IMG/VR virus record: IMGVR_UViG_3300020593_000115
Span: 1 to 63,951 of that record
Origin: a virus
Lineage: Duplodnaviria > Caudoviricetes
Strand: one strand, 5' to 3'
DNA length: 63,951 bases
Shown: in pieces, positions 1 to 9,208 of the stretch
Layout: each line of letters starts with the position of its first letter
Position numbering within the stretch: the stretch's first letter is position 1
Notes under the pieces: generated by a model
What the model was told of the DNA's origin: nothing
What the model saw: the letters and a program-made list of their open reading frames with translations, nothing else
Database searches by the model: none
Position numbers and translations under genes: made by a program

Positions 1-1092
1 CTATTTCTGTGAAGCCTCCAGCTTGGCCATGGCCTGATCAGCGAGTTGACCGCGTCCGCCGAGGTAATGGGCATCTAGAATGGAATCCACATCCCGCAGG
101 CTGTGACCCGTGATGGACGCGATTTCGGCATTGTTGCACCCCGCCAGGGCCAGACGCGTAACGGCGGTGCCGCGCAGATCGTGAAACGTCAGCCCTTCTA
201 CACCAGCCTCCTTGACGGCAGCGCGCCACGACGCCCTGAAACCGTCCTCAGTCCACGGGCGTCCTCGCGTGTTGGTCAGAATGGTGCTTGCGATGGGTGC
301 GGATGGATCCTTCTCGCGCCGATCCGCATCCTCCTTGACCTTACGCTTTTTCGACTCTTCGAGCATAAGCCTAAGGGGCTCCCCTACAGGTATGGTCACC
401 CTGGCGCCAGTCTTTCCCTGTCGCAGCCGTAAGCGTTTTCCATCGTAAGTGGACCACAGCGCCTTCAGTAAGTCGCCTTCGCGCTGGCCAGTCCATAGGG
501 CCATCATCAGTGCCATACGGATTGGCCAGCTTGATACGGCGGCGACTGCATCAATATCCTCGTCTCGCCATACCTTGTCGGCGCGATCTGCTTTGTAAAG
601 GCGGCCTCCGCGCTCGCAAACATTCACTGTAATTCGCCCATTGTCCTTAGCGACGGACAAAACACGTGCCAATGTTACCCACGCGTAATCTGCAGTTCGC
701 GGCTTGTCGGCCATGGTGTCGCGCCAACGTTTGAAGTGGCCTCTAGCAGAGGGGTGCTGTAATTCATCAAGGTTCATCAGGGCGATATCGTCTACTTCTA
801 TCAGCCTCAGATAGCGCTCATAACCGCGCCGGGATTTCTCTGACAAAGTTTTGAACTCAGAGGAATCGCGAAATTCGTCTACCAATGTGCGAAGGGTGCC
901 TTCTTTTTTTTTCGATGCGGCGGCACACGCCTCTGCGTATGCCTGCTGAATTCGCGGATCCCCTGGCTGCAACGGCAGCCCATCTGGCGCCTTAAGTAAA
1001 GGGCCGCCCCGCCACGCATAAAGATAGACGCGCTTCTCGCCATTAGCGAGCTTCTTCGTTGCCCTCGCGATACCCTTAAGCACTACGCGCAC
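1..1092 (-). CDS. int: Tyrosine recombinase (phage integrase)
   Basis: Catalytic motifs TGQREGDL, FHDLRGT, ITGH and a C-terminal HY. Confidence 0.95.
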   Translation of the reverse strand: MRVVLKGIARATKKLANGEKRVYLYAWRGGPLLKAPDGLPLQPGDPRIQQAYAEACAAASKKKEGTLRTLVDEFRDSSEFKTLSEKSRRGYERYLRLIEVDDIALMNLDELQHPSARGHFKRWRDTMADKPRTADYAWVTLARVLSVAKDNGRITVNVCERGGRLYKADRADKVWRDEDIDAVAAVSSWPIRMALMMALWTGQREGDLLKALWSTYDGKRLRLRQGKTGARVTIPVGEPLRLMLEESKKRKVKEDADRREKDPSAPIASTILTNTRGRPWTEDGFRASWRAAVKEAGVEGLTFHDLRGTAVTRLALAGCNNAEIASITGHSLRDVDSILDAHYLGGRGQLADQAMAKLEASQK

Positions 1093-1342
1093 GCTCCCTT
1101 AACCTCCTCTGGAATGGTGTGTCCTGCGCCAACTCTGACGCTGAAATACCTTGCTCCAGACCGGAAGCTTTATCAAGCCTAGCATCGATCGCCTTTTTGT
1201 CCCACCTTTTTGACCCGAACAACGGCGCAGGCATGTGACCGGCCTTCACCCATCCGTGGAACGTGGATAGGCTGACACCGCAATATGCGGCCGCCTCTTG
1301 TTTCGATAAGAGGCGCTGGCCATTATCATTATCCGCCTTCAT
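1076..1342 (-). CDS. Excisionase / AlpA-like HTH protein
   Basis: LLSKQEAAAYCGVSLSTFHGWV winged HTH; overlaps the integrase start. Confidence 0.85.
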   Translation of the reverse strand: MKADNDNGQRLLSKQEAAAYCGVSLSTFHGWVKAGHMPAPLFGSKRWDKKAIDARLDKASGLEQGISASELAQDTPFQRRLRERARSA

Positions 1343-1554
1343 TCAACTACCTCCCTGCGCAGGGCTTCGCGACCGGCTGGCGTGATGCGTCCCACCGCTC
1401 CACCACGCGGCAAATCGTAAACGCTGTGAACGAGAGGGGGCTCCATAAGCGCCATCTGGTACATCGCTTGCTTCCGGTCCCTATCTTTGATTGCCGCCAT
1501 CGGATACCGGTCCAGTGTTTCGAGGCAGGCTCGTTGTGCTTCCGTCAGCTTCAT
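1339..1554 (-). CDS. Hypothetical phage protein
   Basis: Coupled leftward operon with stop/start overlaps; start MKLTEAQ. Confidence 0.6.
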   Translation of the reverse strand: MKLTEAQRACLETLDRYPMAAIKDRDRKQAMYQMALMEPPLVHSVYDLPRGGAVGRITPAGREALRREVVE

Positions 1555-1907
1555 TCCTTCCCTCCATTCAGCGGAGAGGCGGTGAGCATGGCGTGGTAAC
1601 ACGCCAATTCGCGGGCGTACTCGTTAGCGAAGCATGCTTCTATGGTTTGGCCGCAAACACCGCTGGTTCTTGTCTTACGCATGGCCTCACGGGCCGCATA
1701 CACCATGTCTTCGCTCGGCTCCTGTAGCGCCTCGTAGATGGTGGAGATGGCGGCGCGGGCGGTATCCTTCGCAAGTTCCTGCGCCGCATATGCTCTGGTC
1801 AACTTGAACTGTTCGGGGCCCTCCAGGCGATAGTGTGCCGGCGTCAGATCGAAAGCCCACGGCGTAACTAGACGCGCCACCGCCTCTACCAGTTCGTCAT
1901 TTGTCAT
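1551..1907 (-). CDS. Hypothetical phage protein
   Basis: Start MTNDEL after an AGGA RBS; coupled with neighbours. Confidence 0.6.
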   Translation of the reverse strand: MTNDELVEAVARLVTPWAFDLTPAHYRLEGPEQFKLTRAYAAQELAKDTARAAISTIYEALQEPSEDMVYAAREAMRKTRTSGVCGQTIEACFANEYARELACYHAMLTASPLNGGKE

Positions 1908-2094
1908 GGGTGGATTCCTCAAACCAATCGCGTACATCTTTCGGCTTCTCGAAAGTGCGCCCCGTTATCCGGCGTTCGTTCGCATCGAATGCGCCCCATT
2001 TGTCATTCGACATGCGAAGGGCGAACGCGACGATTTCCCCGTCCTTGGTTATCCGGTAAGCGTCTTTGTTAAATCGTTCGGTCTTAAGCTTCAT
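1897..2094 (-). CDS. Hypothetical phage protein
   Basis: Overlap-coupled ORF with protein-like composition. Confidence 0.6.
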   Translation of the reverse strand: MKLKTERFNKDAYRITKDGEIVAFALRMSNDKWGAFDANERRITGRTFEKPKDVRDWFEESTHDK

Positions 2095-2581
2095 CGCTCG
2101 CCTCTTTTGCCTTGAGGATTGCTATGATCAGGGCGATGGCGAGATTTGCGGCGGCTCCCTCGAAGCGCGAATGCGGATTTAGTCTGTCTACAGCCGCATG
2201 GTACGGCGACCTTAAGTGGTACACCCACCCCGGCAACACCCTCTCCGCCAGCGCTACGGCGGCGTCTATGGAGGCGGTGAGTTCGGGCACACGAAGGCTG
2301 TTCATGAGCACATAAGCGCCGTCCCGCTGTATAATCAGCGTCTCGCCCTTGATCTGCTTACGGGTTGCTTGAAACCACTCTCGATCCTTGCCGGGGAAGC
2401 GAAGGCCCAGATTCCACGATGGTTGATCGTCAAGCCGAATATAGCCGATAGGGCCGTCATCCTCCTTGTGCTTTCCGACCGGCGTGGCGAATAGATCAAA
2501 CATGATCTCCGCATCCAGCTCCCTATCCGGGCCGCTTGCCGCCTCCAGGCGCGCTATGAGGTCAGCGTATTGGGTCACCAT
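2084..2581 (-). CDS. Hypothetical phage protein
   Basis: DRELDAEI...TASIDAAVAL motifs; coupled ORF with RBS. Confidence 0.65.
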   Translation of the reverse strand: MVTQYADLIARLEAASGPDRELDAEIMFDLFATPVGKHKEDDGPIGYIRLDDQPSWNLGLRFPGKDREWFQATRKQIKGETLIIQRDGAYVLMNSLRVPELTASIDAAVALAERVLPGWVYHLRSPYHAAVDRLNPHSRFEGAAANLAIALIIAILKAKEASDEA

Positions 2582-2841
2582 AAATCCTCCGAATATAGTT
2601 CGGGCCTTCCGGCAGTGTTGCGTAGGAGCTGGCCGGCCTTGTACGCGATGTAGTAGCCTTCAACGCGATTCACGAAGCGGCCTTCGGATGTCAGGAATCC
2701 TTGCTTCTCCGGGTGAACAAGAGCGTTCTCGAAGCCCATTACCGTTGTCATGGATTGCAAAATGGTGTGATGACGCGCTGGTGGCGGCAGACTGATGGTT
2801 GCGCCGTGGTAAACGGCGGCAGCAACGATACGTTCGCTCAC
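2575..2841 (-). CDS. Hypothetical phage protein
   Basis: IVAAA...RHH...QGFLTSEGRFVNR...LYSEDLW resembles a small phage protein family. Confidence 0.7.
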   Translation of the reverse strand: MSERIVAAAVYHGATISLPPPARHHTILQSMTTVMGFENALVHPEKQGFLTSEGRFVNRVEGYYIAYKAGQLLRNTAGRPELYSEDLW

Positions 2842-3221
2842 TTCCCCGCCTCCTCTTCGGATAGCCGGCGTATGGCGGCGGCAACATTCTCTGCCGCCAT
2901 GAAAACAGTGTCAGACCGTTCACCGAATTTCCGCGCAAACTCTTTCGCATGTTCTGGTTTTATCGATCTGCCACCATGTTTCCCGGTGGTGATTGCCTCG
3001 ATGTAACCATCACGAATATCTTGCAGATCGTACGCTTCGCTTTCAGCGCATGCTTGTCCCGTCCGCGCACACCGCTCTACCGTAACCGGGTCGATATCGT
3101 CGGGGCCGAGGATGCGGTAGCCGGCAGCGGTGAGACCTGATAATAGAAGACCGGCTCCGATATCGACGTGGTGAACGCCCATATCCTTCAGTTTTTTTGC
3201 GATGATCTCCCGCGCGCTCAT
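2838..3221 (-). CDS. Hypothetical phage protein
   Basis: Stop/start overlaps at both ends. Confidence 0.6.
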   Translation of the reverse strand: MSAREIIAKKLKDMGVHHVDIGAGLLLSGLTAAGYRILGPDDIDPVTVERCARTGQACAESEAYDLQDIRDGYIEAITTGKHGGRSIKPEHAKEFARKFGERSDTVFMAAENVAAAIRRLSEEEAGK

Positions 3222-3460
3222 GTATCCACTCCCTGTGCATCAAGGGCTTTGAGGGCGGCGCGGGCAGCATTGTGGCGTTCAACGCACCAATCGTAGAAAA
3301 TGACGGCTGGTGACGCACCTGCTGCGCAGAGAAGAGTGACTGCACCGGCCATCCATTCGAAAATGCGGTCGATTGCGTAAAATGGCCACGCGAACGCGAT
3401 TATTGCGGTCTTCCCTGCCACTCGATAAGCAATGCACTTAGCTTCCGTCAGCTTAGTCAT
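3218..3460 (-). CDS. Hypothetical membrane-associated protein
   Basis: Start MTKLTEA after AGGAGG; hydrophobic segments. Confidence 0.55.
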   Translation of the reverse strand: MTKLTEAKCIAYRVAGKTAIIAFAWPFYAIDRIFEWMAGAVTLLCAAGASPAVIFYDWCVERHNAARAALKALDAQGVDT

Positions 3461-4157
3461 CGCCACCTCCTGCCGTGGGGGCGACGGGGAGCACCGAGAG
3501 ATAGGAATGCTCCGAAGCGGGGCCGAGGTATGTAGAGCCGTCTTCTGGATATTCGGTGCACCAGCAGTAAAAGCCAGGGCCTGAATGACCATCGCGGATG
3601 AACTCGACCGTCATGTCAGTTTCATCGCCGCCGTACTGCTCAACAAGGTTCCGTGCATTCTCTAGAGAGAAACCGTGTAGTTTTGGGCCGCTCGGCACCT
3701 GTGCCGGCTCGCCTGCCGTGAGGGCGGAGAGGATGCGTTCGCATAGGACACGAGCCTCATCGGCGGTGATCTTCCCTTCGGGCTGGATCGTCCACCTTCC
3801 GTCCGCGCTTTCGATACGCCACCGCTTTCCGTTGGTGTGCTCGATGTGCGCCTGCACCGGCCCGCTCGGCTGCGGGGTGGGGTGGGCGTAGACTGGCTGT
3901 TCTGACCAAGGCTGCTTTTCGTCTGTGTAAATCCATCCGCCCTTTGGGCCTCGATGCCTCCACGCCACCGGCTCACCATGGGCGAGCGCGGCGGTGACGG
4001 CTGTGACCTCACGGGCGACGAAACGATACCTCTCCTGATCTTTATCACCGATCTCACACCACGGAACCCTGCGTAAGCCTCCGTTACCCGCTCGCTTCCA
4101 TTCGGCTTGCCATATGCATTCAGCAACTACCTCAACCATCTCATCCGTTATTTGCAT
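3453..4157 (-). CDS. Hypothetical mosaic phage protein
   Basis: Start MQITDEM after GGAGG; EPVAW motif. Confidence 0.6.
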   Translation of the reverse strand: MQITDEMVEVVAECIWQAEWKRAGNGGLRRVPWCEIGDKDQERYRFVAREVTAVTAALAHGEPVAWRHRGPKGGWIYTDEKQPWSEQPVYAHPTPQPSGPVQAHIEHTNGKRWRIESADGRWTIQPEGKITADEARVLCERILSALTAGEPAQVPSGPKLHGFSLENARNLVEQYGGDETDMTVEFIRDGHSGPGFYCWCTEYPEDGSTYLGPASEHSYLSVLPVAPTAGGGDD

Positions 4158-4626
4158 CGGTACCCTCCATCTTCTGCATAAGGGCGCGCGAAGCTGTTTC
4201 GGCGGCATGCAGCCAGCCAAAAAGCCCGCACAGGAACGAATAGCATTCGCTGCGCAAATCCTCGTCGCCTTCGCCAGCAATCCATGCGCTACCGGTCCAA
4301 CCTTCTAATTCCTTGCGCTTTTCAGCCCATTCGTCTGGCGAACCAAGGGCATCCATCGCCTCGGCAAGCTTGGCTTCGAGGACGCTGACTTTGTGCTGGC
4401 CGAGAACTGTACCCTCAAGGTATCTATCGCAGTCCGCCTCCAGCTCCTTGATGCGGTCTTGCTGGGCGCGGAGGGCGGCAAGCGCCGCTGCCTTGGCGGT
4501 AAGCCACTTGCCGTTAGTGGAGGGAAACGTGCATGGGGCAACCCGATGCGCGATGTCCTCTGCCGTTGCGATCAGCGCCTCTGTGTCCTTGTCGGTGGTC
4601 ATGGGCTTTTCGGGCTTATCCCTCAT
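4141..4626 (-). CDS. Hypothetical coiled-coil phage protein
   Basis: Coupled ORF; AALRAQQDRIKELEA coiled coil. Confidence 0.55.
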   Translation of the reverse strand: MRDKPEKPMTTDKDTEALIATAEDIAHRVAPCTFPSTNGKWLTAKAAALAALRAQQDRIKELEADCDRYLEGTVLGQHKVSVLEAKLAEAMDALGSPDEWAEKRKELEGWTGSAWIAGEGDEDLRSECYSFLCGLFGWLHAAETASRALMQKMEGTDANNG

Positions 4627-4828
4627 CGCCTAAATCCTCCATTTCCAATTTGATGCTGGCCCACGAATGTAGGAGAGAGGCCCATTTTTCATAATGATCG
4701 AGTGGAGCGCCGTCAGCCATGTCGGATAACTGCTGCCCGAGTTCCATTAGTTCGCCATACGTCATTTCGCAGATCGTTTTGGCGATGACGAGGAACGGAT
4801 TCTCTTCGTGTTCTGTGGTGGTGCTCAT
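4616..4828 (-). CDS. Hypothetical phage protein
   Basis: Coupled ORF with AGGAG RBS. Confidence 0.55.
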   Translation of the reverse strand: MSTTTEHEENPFLVIAKTICEMTYGELMELGQQLSDMADGAPLDHYEKWASLLHSWASIKLEMEDLGDEG

Positions 4829-5115
4829 GACTGCTCCTTGTCGTAGGTGAGGATGCGTTCAGCAACGGCATTGCACCCATCTCGAAACCGATCAAAATCG
4901 ACGGAATAGCCGCCGATGCGGTCATTCATGAATTTGATGGCATCATGTCCGCATTCTTTTGCTATCTCCGCCGCGCGCTGGTCGCGGGCAAGGAGGGCTC
5001 TCGCGACATCAACGATGTGCTGCGCATCATCTATGCGCGTGCCGCCACTGCAGGATGGCTGGCACAGCTCCCTCGCCTCACGCATGATCTCATCTGGGAT
5101 TTCAGGGGCGGTCAT
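4825..5115 (-). CDS. Hypothetical phage protein
   Basis: Start MTAPEIP overlapping the upstream stop. Confidence 0.55.
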   Translation of the reverse strand: MTAPEIPDEIMREARELCQPSCSGGTRIDDAQHIVDVARALLARDQRAAEIAKECGHDAIKFMNDRIGGYSVDFDRFRDGCNAVAERILTYDKEQS

Positions 5116-5573
5116 GCCGCAGCCCTCCACTCCGGCGCCTTCTCCAGGTCAATCGCGACACGTTCCAGCGCTATGGCTTGCGCGCTGTGGCGCGCTGAGC
5201 CCCTGCGGTTCCGGCGTGCGGCTTCATGGTTCCAGCGAGCGGCATTGCGAAGGACAACGATGTCGCCGGAGGTGGCGACATTGGCGCCGTCCCAAAGTTG
5301 CTCGGCCACGTTGCGTAGTTGCTGCGCGATCACGAACCGCTGCTTAGGCATGTTGCCGCGGCGTGCCAAGGATTCGTGATACTTGGCCACATCAATGATT
5401 TGCTGCCGGGTGATGCCCTGCGCCTCTGCCTGCTCCGCAGAAATAACGTCCTCGCAAAGCGCGGCGGGATGGTTGTCGTTTGCCGTGGGCCGCGGTTCAT
5501 GGCGGCGCGTTTCATTGGTGCGGTTATTACGAGTGCCGTCGTTAAAAGTGCCATCGTTAAATGTGCGTTTCAT
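5112..5573 (-). CDS. Hypothetical protein with an ANDN motif and RAAA C-terminus
   Basis: ATG at 5573 preceded by GAGGAG and a CAC-rich leader. Confidence 0.6.
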   Translation of the reverse strand: MKRTFNDGTFNDGTRNNRTNETRRHEPRPTANDNHPAALCEDVISAEQAEAQGITRQQIIDVAKYHESLARRGNMPKQRFVIAQQLRNVAEQLWDGANVATSGDIVVLRNAARWNHEAARRNRRGSARHSAQAIALERVAIDLEKAPEWRAAA

Positions 5574-5699
5574 AGGTATCTCCTCATGGTGGTGGTAGTG
5601 GTGAATGGTGGTGGTTATGCTACCCATCGCGCGCCATGCAAAGCCCGGTTGGCGTCGACTTGCGACTGTGTGTTGGTGTTGGCCGCTATGCGCTCGCGG

Positions 5700-5774
5700 C
5701 GGCTTGCCGCGCACGAAGTGGGTGCGGTGGTTGATATTGGCAATAGTGCCGTCAAGGTCAAAAATGACCCTCAT
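5700..5774 (-). pseudogene. N-terminal remnant of a HAD/PNK-phosphatase-like gene
   Basis: MRVIFDLDGTIA..HR is HAD motif I (DxDxT) with an RBS; downstream sequence is unrelated. Confidence 0.45.
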
Positions 5775-5829
5775 GACTCTCTCCTCTGGTGATGCTTTAA
5801 ACGATTAGGAATGCCTGCAGGGCGACCGG

Positions 5830-6108
5830 TTATTCAGCGTGCGCCGTCTGTTGCGTGTATTCACGCCAAATCCCGACGCGCAGACAAAAGTCGGCTTCGT
5901 CCTGGATCTCGTCCACGAGCCAGACGGCAAGCTCGAGCGCTGTGCCGTCCTTGTCGTTGACGACGTTGGTCGTACCGCAAGCGAGGTTCTGCGCCTCCAG
6001 AACGACAGCCGTCTTAATCTCCTGCGGCATGTCATCGGCAGCGATGGCCGAGCCGATAGCGATGGCGCTCGTCAGGGCAAGCACAGTGGTGCGAATGGTC
6101 TTGAGCAT
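5830..6108 (-). CDS. Putative exported small protein
   Basis: Signal peptide MLKTIRTTVLALTSAIAIGSAIA. Confidence 0.6.
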   Translation of the reverse strand: MLKTIRTTVLALTSAIAIGSAIAADDMPQEIKTAVVLEAQNLACGTTNVVNDKDGTALELAVWLVDEIQDEADFCLRVGIWREYTQQTAHAE

Positions 6109-6147
6109 TGTGGTGGTTCCTGTGGTGGTGTTGAACAGGTGTGACGC

Positions 6148-6194
6148 TAAAGGCATCGGGAAGGCGGCGCGGACGCCGGAAACCGGAGGTCTTT
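6148..6194. repeat. 47-nt structured intergenic repeat, copy 1
   Basis: taaaggcatcgggaa-hairpin-ggaaaccggaggtcttt; same length and arms as 6624-6670. Confidence 0.85.
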
Positions 6195-6619
6195 CAGGCG
6201 GCATCCATATTGATCTTCGGCGTCTTTGATTTTCGGATGTCGTATGACTGCATATCGAACAGACGCCTGTTCTGCAGGAGAGCCCATCCGTCTGGTGAAA
6301 GGGCATGACGACGGTTGATGTGCATGAACTCGTACAGGGCGATGATGTCGCTCGCGCCGTGGATCACGCGGGCGAAGAAATACGAATACCGATCCGGGAA
6401 GTTGATGGCGTGCTTGTATCCATCGGCGTCGTCACTAAAACGCTGCTGGCGCCTCTTGAGCCAGTCAGCAACGTCCTTAGCCAGTTCATCGGTGATGTAT
6501 TCGCAACCGAGATCGTTATAGCGATTTGAAACGTATTCTTCGAAGGCGCGACGTTCTGCCTCCTCAAAGTCCCGTTCCGTTGATCCAAATCCAATTGCAA
6601 AACCCATCTTCATCTCCAT
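6194..6619 (-). CDS. Hypothetical protein flanked by the 47-nt repeats
   Basis: ORF lies exactly between the two repeats; ends MDAA. Confidence 0.65.
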   Translation of the reverse strand: MEMKMGFAIGFGSTERDFEEAERRAFEEYVSNRYNDLGCEYITDELAKDVADWLKRRQQRFSDDADGYKHAINFPDRYSYFFARVIHGASDIIALYEFMHINRRHALSPDGWALLQNRRLFDMQSYDIRKSKTPKINMDAA

Positions 6620-6623
6620 CCGT

Positions 6624-6670
6624 TAAAGGCATCGGGAAACCGCCCTGTGAGGCGGAAACCGGAGGTCTTT
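6624..6670. repeat. 47-nt structured intergenic repeat, copy 2
   Basis: Identical outer arms with a different but still paired inner stem. Confidence 0.85.
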
Positions 6671-6851
6671 AGGCGTGGATTACTTCTGCGTCTTCGGGGA
6701 GATCTTCACAGGGCTCGACACGAAGCATTGAGGCTGGCACGACGCCAATGTTCTGAGAGAAAGCATTACGCGCCGACGCTTCGTCTGCTGCGGCGATGAA
6801 AATGGGATCTTCCTCTCCATCGACTGTGTTTGTGAACTTGAAAAACGTCAT
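6669..6851 (-). CDS. Hypothetical small protein
   Basis: AAGGAG RBS; 60 aa. Confidence 0.6.
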   Translation of the reverse strand: MTFFKFTNTVDGEEDPIFIAAADEASARNAFSQNIGVVPASMLRVEPCEDLPEDAEVIHA

Positions 6852-6869
6852 AGGTCTTCTCCTTTAGTT

Positions 6870-7193
6870 TTACGCCGCGCGCGTTAGATTTCGCGGCTTC
6901 TGCGGAATGACTTCGTATTCGTGAAATCCGGTCAGTTTGACGCTGTACGTTCGGTAATGTTCAGGGCTGCGCAGGTCGGCTAAGCCACAGTCAACAGCAG
7001 CCGCATGAACGGCGTGCTCCAATCGGTTGACGTGAAAAGCCTGCCAGTTCAGGTCAACAGTTGCTTTCTGGCGCGCCTTTTGCCCTTCTGCGACGAGCGC
7101 CTTGTCAGAGAGCTTCGCCATCTTCCGGCGCTCGTCTCGCAGGTTTTTCACCGCGTCAAACAGAGCTTCGACATCTTCGAGGCGCGCGACCAT
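6870..7193 (-). CDS. Hypothetical protein
   Basis: Coupled to the upstream ORF; ends TRAA. Confidence 0.6.
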   Translation of the reverse strand: MVARLEDVEALFDAVKNLRDERRKMAKLSDKALVAEGQKARQKATVDLNWQAFHVNRLEHAVHAAAVDCGLADLRSPEHYRTYSVKLTGFHEYEVIPQKPRNLTRAA

Positions 7194-7441
7194 CACGCGA
7201 ACTCCCAATCAGCAGCGAATGCCGTTCCGACGTTGCGCAATGGGATCGTGAAGATCGCGCCTTTGAACTTGCGGTGTTTCGATTGAGAGAACGGAAGGCC
7301 TGAATCCTCAAGCTTATGGCGAATTATCGGAACCATTTCTGGATGATCACCGGTGACGAGAACCTCTACAGCCCGGTCACCGTCCATGACCGTCAAGCCA
7401 GTGACTTGGTGAACTTTCGTTTTGATCTCGTGCAGTTTCAT
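7193..7441 (-). CDS. First gene of the leftward early operon (hypothetical)
   Basis: ATG at 7441 downstream of the PL-like promoter and a GGAG RBS. Confidence 0.6.
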   Translation of the reverse strand: MKLHEIKTKVHQVTGLTVMDGDRAVEVLVTGDHPEMVPIIRHKLEDSGLPFSQSKHRKFKGAIFTIPLRNVGTAFAADWEFA

Positions 7442-7480
7442 CTCTCGTTCTCCCGTTGGCATCAGCGGCCTATGGGAATC

Positions 7481-7550
7481 ACAATATGCGATTTCGCCTA
7501 TCAAGTCAAACAAAAAATGCGCTATCGCGTTAAGCGAAGGCGCATTTTTA
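7481..7550 (-). promoter_or_regulatory. Leftward promoter (TTGACT-17-TATTGT) with repressor operators
   Basis: -35 at 7504-7509, -10 at 7481-7486; palindrome ATATGCGATTTCGCCTAT over the spacer. Confidence 0.75.
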
Positions 7551-7570
7551 TTGGGGAAATAATAGAGACG

Positions 7571-8221
7571 TTACGGAGCAGACGCCGTAAAGAACCGAAC
7601 GATTCCCGTGATCGTCACTTCCTCCGCCACGCCATCATTATATGCCACTGGCGCCTGATGCTCAGGATGATGGGACCTGGGCCAGAGCCATCGCGTGCCA
7701 TCTTCGTTGACGACGTACTCTTTTAGAGTCGCCTCATAAAGTCCGTTCTTATTGCGGCGCTGAACCAGGACGTGCTGCCCACTCTTGGGACGCTTGCCCG
7801 TGGATATTGTAGGCTCCACAAACACTAATGTTCCATCGTGGTAATACTTATTCATGGAGTCCCCTTTGACCATGAAACCCTCAACATAACAATTCTCCAA
7901 TCCAGGCGGCGGCGTGACTGGAACTGATACTTCATCAGCCCATTCAACAGCTTCACGCCATACACCGGCCTGCAGTTCTCCGACTATACGCACCTGCTTT
8001 ACGGGGCCGCCAGCGCCCATCGGCACTAGGTTCGGGCTTGACGGGTTTAAAGCACCTGAGAGTTCAAGTATCCTAACCGCGTGCTTACCGGCTGGCGCGT
8101 TTTCCCCGCGCTCCCATTTAGAATAGCGTCCCTGTGATACCCCAATCTTGTCCGCGAACTGGGCTTGCGTGAGTCGCAACTCCTCGCGGATTCGCTTTAG
8201 CGTCTTTCCATCTAGTTCCAT
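7571..8221 (-). CDS. cI: CI-like repressor (HTH-XRE plus S24 peptidase)
   Basis: LKRIREELRLTQAQFADKIGVSQGRYSKWERG HTH; VKGDSM and ATLK S24 motifs; start MELDGK with RBS. Confidence 0.92.
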   Translation of the reverse strand: MELDGKTLKRIREELRLTQAQFADKIGVSQGRYSKWERGENAPAGKHAVRILELSGALNPSSPNLVPMGAGGPVKQVRIVGELQAGVWREAVEWADEVSVPVTPPPGLENCYVEGFMVKGDSMNKYYHDGTLVFVEPTISTGKRPKSGQHVLVQRRNKNGLYEATLKEYVVNEDGTRWLWPRSHHPEHQAPVAYNDGVAEEVTITGIVRFFTASAP

Positions 8222-8299
8222 ATATATTCTCCCTGCGGGCATTGTCGCCCAGAGTTCCGTGACATGACGCCCCCGTCTCACGAAAAGCCGTAATAGGAA

Positions 8300-8395
8300 T
8301 ATGCACTTACGCCTTTTTGTGCGCCGTGTCAAAGCACAGATGGGGATTAGATATGCGTTTTCGCTTGACAAAAAAGGCGAAAACGCATAATAATT
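8300..8395 (+). promoter_or_regulatory. Rightward promoter (TTGACA at 8365) with tandem operators
   Basis: ATATGCACTTACGCCT, ATATGCGTTTTCGCTT and AAAGGCGAAAACGCATAA palindromes. Confidence 0.75.
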
Positions 8396-8490
8396 CGGGT
8401 GTAGTTAACGAATCGAGCACGGCTTCCGAAGCGCGATCACTTCAAAAAAACACCACAGCGACAAAACCCACCAGCGAGGAGTACCTGGTT

Positions 8491-8739
8491 TTGAAAACGA
8501 AAGAACGTGCCTGCGCGTTGCGGGCCGACGGGAAGTCTTTTGCCGCAATATCCACCACACTTGGTATCAGCATGCAATGGGCTTACAAGTGCGCGTCGGG
8601 AATTTCCCCAAAGGCGCCAGAGGAAACGCATCGTAGCGTAGTTCGCTACGGGGCGCATAACGGCGGCTGCTCCACGATGAGCGGCATGATGCCGGTTTCG
8701 GTTCAAAGGATTCCAACACTAGACGGAGTAGCGGCATGA
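8491..8739 (+). CDS. Small HTH protein at the Cro position
   Basis: LRADGKSFAAISTTLGISMQWAY HTH; TTG after GAGGAG; first gene after PR. Confidence 0.6.
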   Translation: MKTKERACALRADGKSFAAISTTLGISMQWAYKCASGISPKAPEETHRSVVRYGAHNGGCSTMSGMMPVSVQRIPTLDGVAA

Positions 8740-8921
8740 GCGAGGGAGTTGATGTCTTTGAATTTGACATCGGGGAAAAGGTTCGCGTGAACCTTACAGG
8801 AAGGATCATTGGTCGGTCTGAGTTCGCCAAGGGCGACCCCTGCTATCTCATTGAGCACAAGCGCAAGGGGAAGATCGTTCAGGAATGGGTTGTTGCCGAC
8901 AAGTTGGAGCCTATCGAATGA
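8736..8921 (+). CDS. Small SH3/KOW-like hypothetical protein
   Basis: FDIGEKVRV motif; ATGA coupling. Confidence 0.6.
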   Translation: MSEGVDVFEFDIGEKVRVNLTGRIIGRSEFAKGDPCYLIEHKRKGKIVQEWVVADKLEPIE

Positions 8922-9208
8922 GTGACCATTGCGAAAATTGTGACTGCATCCGGGAAGGGGACGTGGTCGAGCACAGGATGAACACCAACGTGTTCGGCAT
9001 TGTGATCGGCTACTCCGGTTCCCTCGTCTCCATTCGCGTAAGCCCAAGTCTGACGACGTTGCATTTCCATGAATGGGAACTCCGCAAGGTCGAAGGCGAT
9101 GAATACGACGGCGGAGAAACGGCAGAAGCGCAGCCAATAAACGACAACGTTATTGATTTCACCAAGGCGGTGGATCTTCGGAAAGCCAAAGCGAAAGGGG
9201 CTGCGTGA
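8918..9208 (+). CDS. Hypothetical protein
   Basis: ATGA overlap; IREGDVVEH; ends INDN...KGAA. Confidence 0.6.
   Translation: MSDHCENCDCIREGDVVEHRMNTNVFGIVIGYSGSLVSIRVSPSLTTLHFHEWELRKVEGDEYDGGETAEAQPINDNVIDFTKAVDLRKAKAKGAA

Noticed and set aside
5533-5561. Short tandem duplication encoding TFNDG twice
   Set aside because: A simple in-frame slippage duplication with no evident function.
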